A stretch of DNA of 35,985 nt, taken from positions 1-35,985 of the IMG/VR virus record IMGVR_UViG_3300033067_000400; one strand, given 5' to 3'. The position numbers and the translations under genes are program-made. Positions 33,722 through 35,985 of the stretch are shown here, one piece after another. How positions within the stretch are numbered: position 1 is the first letter of the stretch; each line of letters opens with the position of its first letter. The stretch is from a virus. Its lineage: Duplodnaviria > Caudoviricetes. The notes below the pieces were generated by a model. That model was given only the letters and a program-made list of their open reading frames with translations. It made no database searches and was not told the DNA's origin.

Positions 33722-35848
33722 ATCTCGCACCAGCTTCTTCTCATAGCCCAGTGTGCGGAGCACCCGCCCTGCCCTCAGCTCGTCCCTACGTGCAATGTTT
33801 TGCACGTTCATGCCCAACGCAGAGACCATGACGTCTTGCAGCTTGAAGGGTCGATCGCCTCGTTTGGGGCCATCCGAGCCGTCCATCTCATCCGCCTCGA
33901 GCCACCCGAGGATGGCCGACTCCCACGTGTCGTGCACCTTGTAGTTGGCGTGCTCATCCTTCGCCAAGGTCTGGGCTGCCCGCCACTGCACGCCGCTCTT
34001 TTTGAAGATCTCGATGCCCTCGGCCCACAGCTGATCGCGGTCGCGCTCGATCGCGGCCACGTCAACCTTGCCTACACGGATAGGAAGCCAGCGGCGCTCG
34101 CCCGTGGCGTCGCCCAAGAACTCGTCGTCGTTGGTGGTGCCGATGAACACCAGACGGCGCGGAAAGCGCGTGGCGAACTCGCGGTACTTTGGGATCCACT
34201 CTTCGTGGGTGCGGGTCATCCAAGCCTTGATGGCCTCGGCCTCGCGTGTCATCAGGCCGCGCAGCTCACCGAGCTCGCCGATCAACTTACCGCGTAGGGC
34301 ACGGGCCAAGTTGTCGTCGCGGTGCTCGAGGTTGACCTCGACGAACGAGCCAGCCTCTGGGGCCAGCGCCTCGACGCCGCGCGTCTTGCCTGCGCCCTGA
34401 TCGCCAACCAAGATGGGGGTCATGTCGGCCTTGACGCCCGGCTCTAAGCATCGCCCCGCGAGCGCTGACCACAGGTACACGCTCACGCTCTTGGTGTATT
34501 CGGCAGACTCGCAGCCAAAGTAGTTTTGCAGGAAACCCTCAACGCGGGGCACGCCGTCCCATTGCAGGCCCTTGGCCCACTCGATGGCCGAGTCAAACGA
34601 GTTGACCTCAGCCACGTGGTGGACGCCTTCGCGGATGATGTCCGAGCCCGGCTTCTTGAACCCGCGACGCTCGAGCTCGATGCGCAGGCGGAAGTAGTCG
34701 GTGTCACGCAGTGGGCGCCACTCACTCTCGCCCTCGTAGGCCAAGAGCACGAGGTCCTTGAACTCGTCGTAAGCGATCTTGGCGCCGCAGATGTCGGCTC
34801 GCATGAGCGCCTTCTCCACGTTGCCCGCTGTGCTCTCGATCTGGCCCTGACGATCGCGTGTGAATGAGGGCCAAGGCTCGTCCTCGCCAGCCACAGTTGG
34901 CAGGTTCTCGAAGTCCTCAGCCAAGTAGCCGATCGCCTCGAGAAAGTCGCCGTCTGTGCGTGAGGCGCAGTGCGCGTGCAGGCACTTGAAGTGGCCCTGC
35001 TCGAAGCCGCCCACGCCCGCTGGGAACCAGCTCGTGGAGCTGGGCCCTGTGTCGCTGGTGTGTTGGTCTTCCCACGGGCACTGCACGTGCACGCGGCCAT
35101 CGCGTGACCACTCCTTGACCCACCCGTTGTCCTGCAGGTACGCCACCACTGGGTCTTGCATGTCGTCGCGCAGGCGGGGCTTGACTGGGGCCAAGCCGTT
35201 GCGTGTGCGCACGTCGCCGTCTGGCAGCGCGAAGGCCTCGACTAAGGCCTGCCACACCACCTCGAACTCGGCGGGCGTTACCTCTGGGAGCTCAGCAGGT
35301 AGCCCGCCCTCCCACTCATAGGTTGCACCGCTTGGGTGTGTGCCGATGGCGATGAACTGTTGGCCGTTCGCCAAGAACTCGATCGCGCCGTGCTCGGTGC
35401 GAATGATGCGCTTGGTGAACTCGCCAGCCATGCGAAAGGCGAGCAGGCGCTTGCCCGTGTTGTTGCGTGAGCGGCAAGGCAGCGAGCCCAGCGCCAGCTC
35501 TACCATGTCCTGCACCGCCTGCGCGTGCACGGGTTCACCGATGTCGATGTCGAAGGCGCGCACGACGCGTGTCTGCAGGCAGATGCCAAGGTCACTGTCA
35601 CGCTGCCACCGCGAGATGTCGCGGTCGCTCGAGATGTTCTGTGTCCACTGCGGAATGCCAACGACTTGGCGTTGCTTGTCGTAGCGCGAGGGCGTCTTGC
35701 CCAAGTCGCGCATCTTGCTGTTGGGGCTGATCTCTGCCTTGGGGTTACTCACCACTGGCAAGAGGTCTTCGCGCAGCCCGAGCGCGTCAGCGAAGTGGGT
35801 CCAATCCCCCGCCGCTGCACCCCACGGCTTTGTTGTTGTATTGGTCAA
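33653..35848 (-). CDS. Primase-helicase (Prim-Pol + Zn-binding + VirE/VapE ATPase)
   Basis: AFDID and IGTHPSGATYEW (Prim-Pol); CPW...H...FKCLHAHC (Zn-binding); GDQGAGKT, ELGEL, FIGTTN, GERRWLP (VapE). Confidence 0.92.
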   Translation of the reverse strand: MTNTTTKPWGAAAGDWTHFADALGLREDLLPVVSNPKAEISPNSKMRDLGKTPSRYDKQRQVVGIPQWTQNISSDRDISRWQRDSDLGICLQTRVVRAFDIDIGEPVHAQAVQDMVELALGSLPCRSRNNTGKRLLAFRMAGEFTKRIIRTEHGAIEFLANGQQFIAIGTHPSGATYEWEGGLPAELPEVTPAEFEVVWQALVEAFALPDGDVRTRNGLAPVKPRLRDDMQDPVVAYLQDNGWVKEWSRDGRVHVQCPWEDQHTSDTGPSSTSWFPAGVGGFEQGHFKCLHAHCASRTDGDFLEAIGYLAEDFENLPTVAGEDEPWPSFTRDRQGQIESTAGNVEKALMRADICGAKIAYDEFKDLVLLAYEGESEWRPLRDTDYFRLRIELERRGFKKPGSDIIREGVHHVAEVNSFDSAIEWAKGLQWDGVPRVEGFLQNYFGCESAEYTKSVSVYLWSALAGRCLEPGVKADMTPILVGDQGAGKTRGVEALAPEAGSFVEVNLEHRDDNLARALRGKLIGELGELRGLMTREAEAIKAWMTRTHEEWIPKYREFATRFPRRLVFIGTTNDDEFLGDATGERRWLPIRVGKVDVAAIERDRDQLWAEGIEIFKKSGVQWRAAQTLAKDEHANYKVHDTWESAILGWLEADEMDGSDGPKRGDRPFKLQDVMVSALGMNVQNIARRDELRAGRVLRTLGYEKKLVRDGLHVFKGWQRAKSELVDLDDLA

Positions 35849-35868
35849 AACGAATCTCCGGGTTTGGT

Positions 35869-35985
35869 TTAGTCAGTGGCGCCGCCTTCGGTGTCTTCTG
35901 ACACCAGTGGGAACTCAGCGCGCATGGCAGCAGGGCCAAGGCACTTCTGGGCGAACTCGCAACCCGCACACGCCGTCGCCAAGTC
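35869..35985 (-). CDS. C-terminal part of a truncated small Cys-containing protein (possibly a Cro-like regulator)
   Basis: Open frame from the window edge: DLATACAGCEFAQKCLG...GGATD*. Confidence 0.5.
   Translation of the reverse strand, partial: DLATACAGCEFAQKCLGPAAMRAEFPLVSEDTEGGATD

Noticed and set aside
1-35985. High frequency of CTCGAG and GATC
   Set aside because: Explained by preferred codon pairs such as Leu-Glu (CTC GAG); no counts were computed to support anything more.

Overview
About 36 kb of a GC-rich, BPP-1/Rauchvirus-like temperate-type podovirus genome; a betaproteobacterial host is inferred, not shown. Two arms converge near 3.45 kb. The + arm holds a VRR-NUC nuclease, SNF2 helicase, DUF3310 protein, TraR/DksA-like zinc finger and an HTH-DUF3653 (XafT-like) protein. 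The long - arm holds a Prim-Pol/VapE primase-helicase, an iteron-rich origin, an HTH protein, terminase, portal, scaffold, capsid, tail tubes A/B, ejection proteins (including a 2840-aa polyvalent protein), an 11-gene tail-fibre array and a membrane-protein-rich lysis cassette with an M15 endolysin. The main finding is that no integrase occurs in the window, while the arm junction carries a 28-bp dif-like XerC/XerD site (2884-2911) inside a highly structured spacer directly upstream of the XafT-like gene. This suggests a tailed phage that integrates by using host XerCD. Other notable items are a four-copy late-promoter motif (GGTGCGGATA-N17-TAnnnT) with a candidate HTH activator, a HiPIP-like Cys-rich gene in the head module, and a paralogous multi-tip fibre array with no DGR. 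All family calls are by motif recognition; no searches were run.
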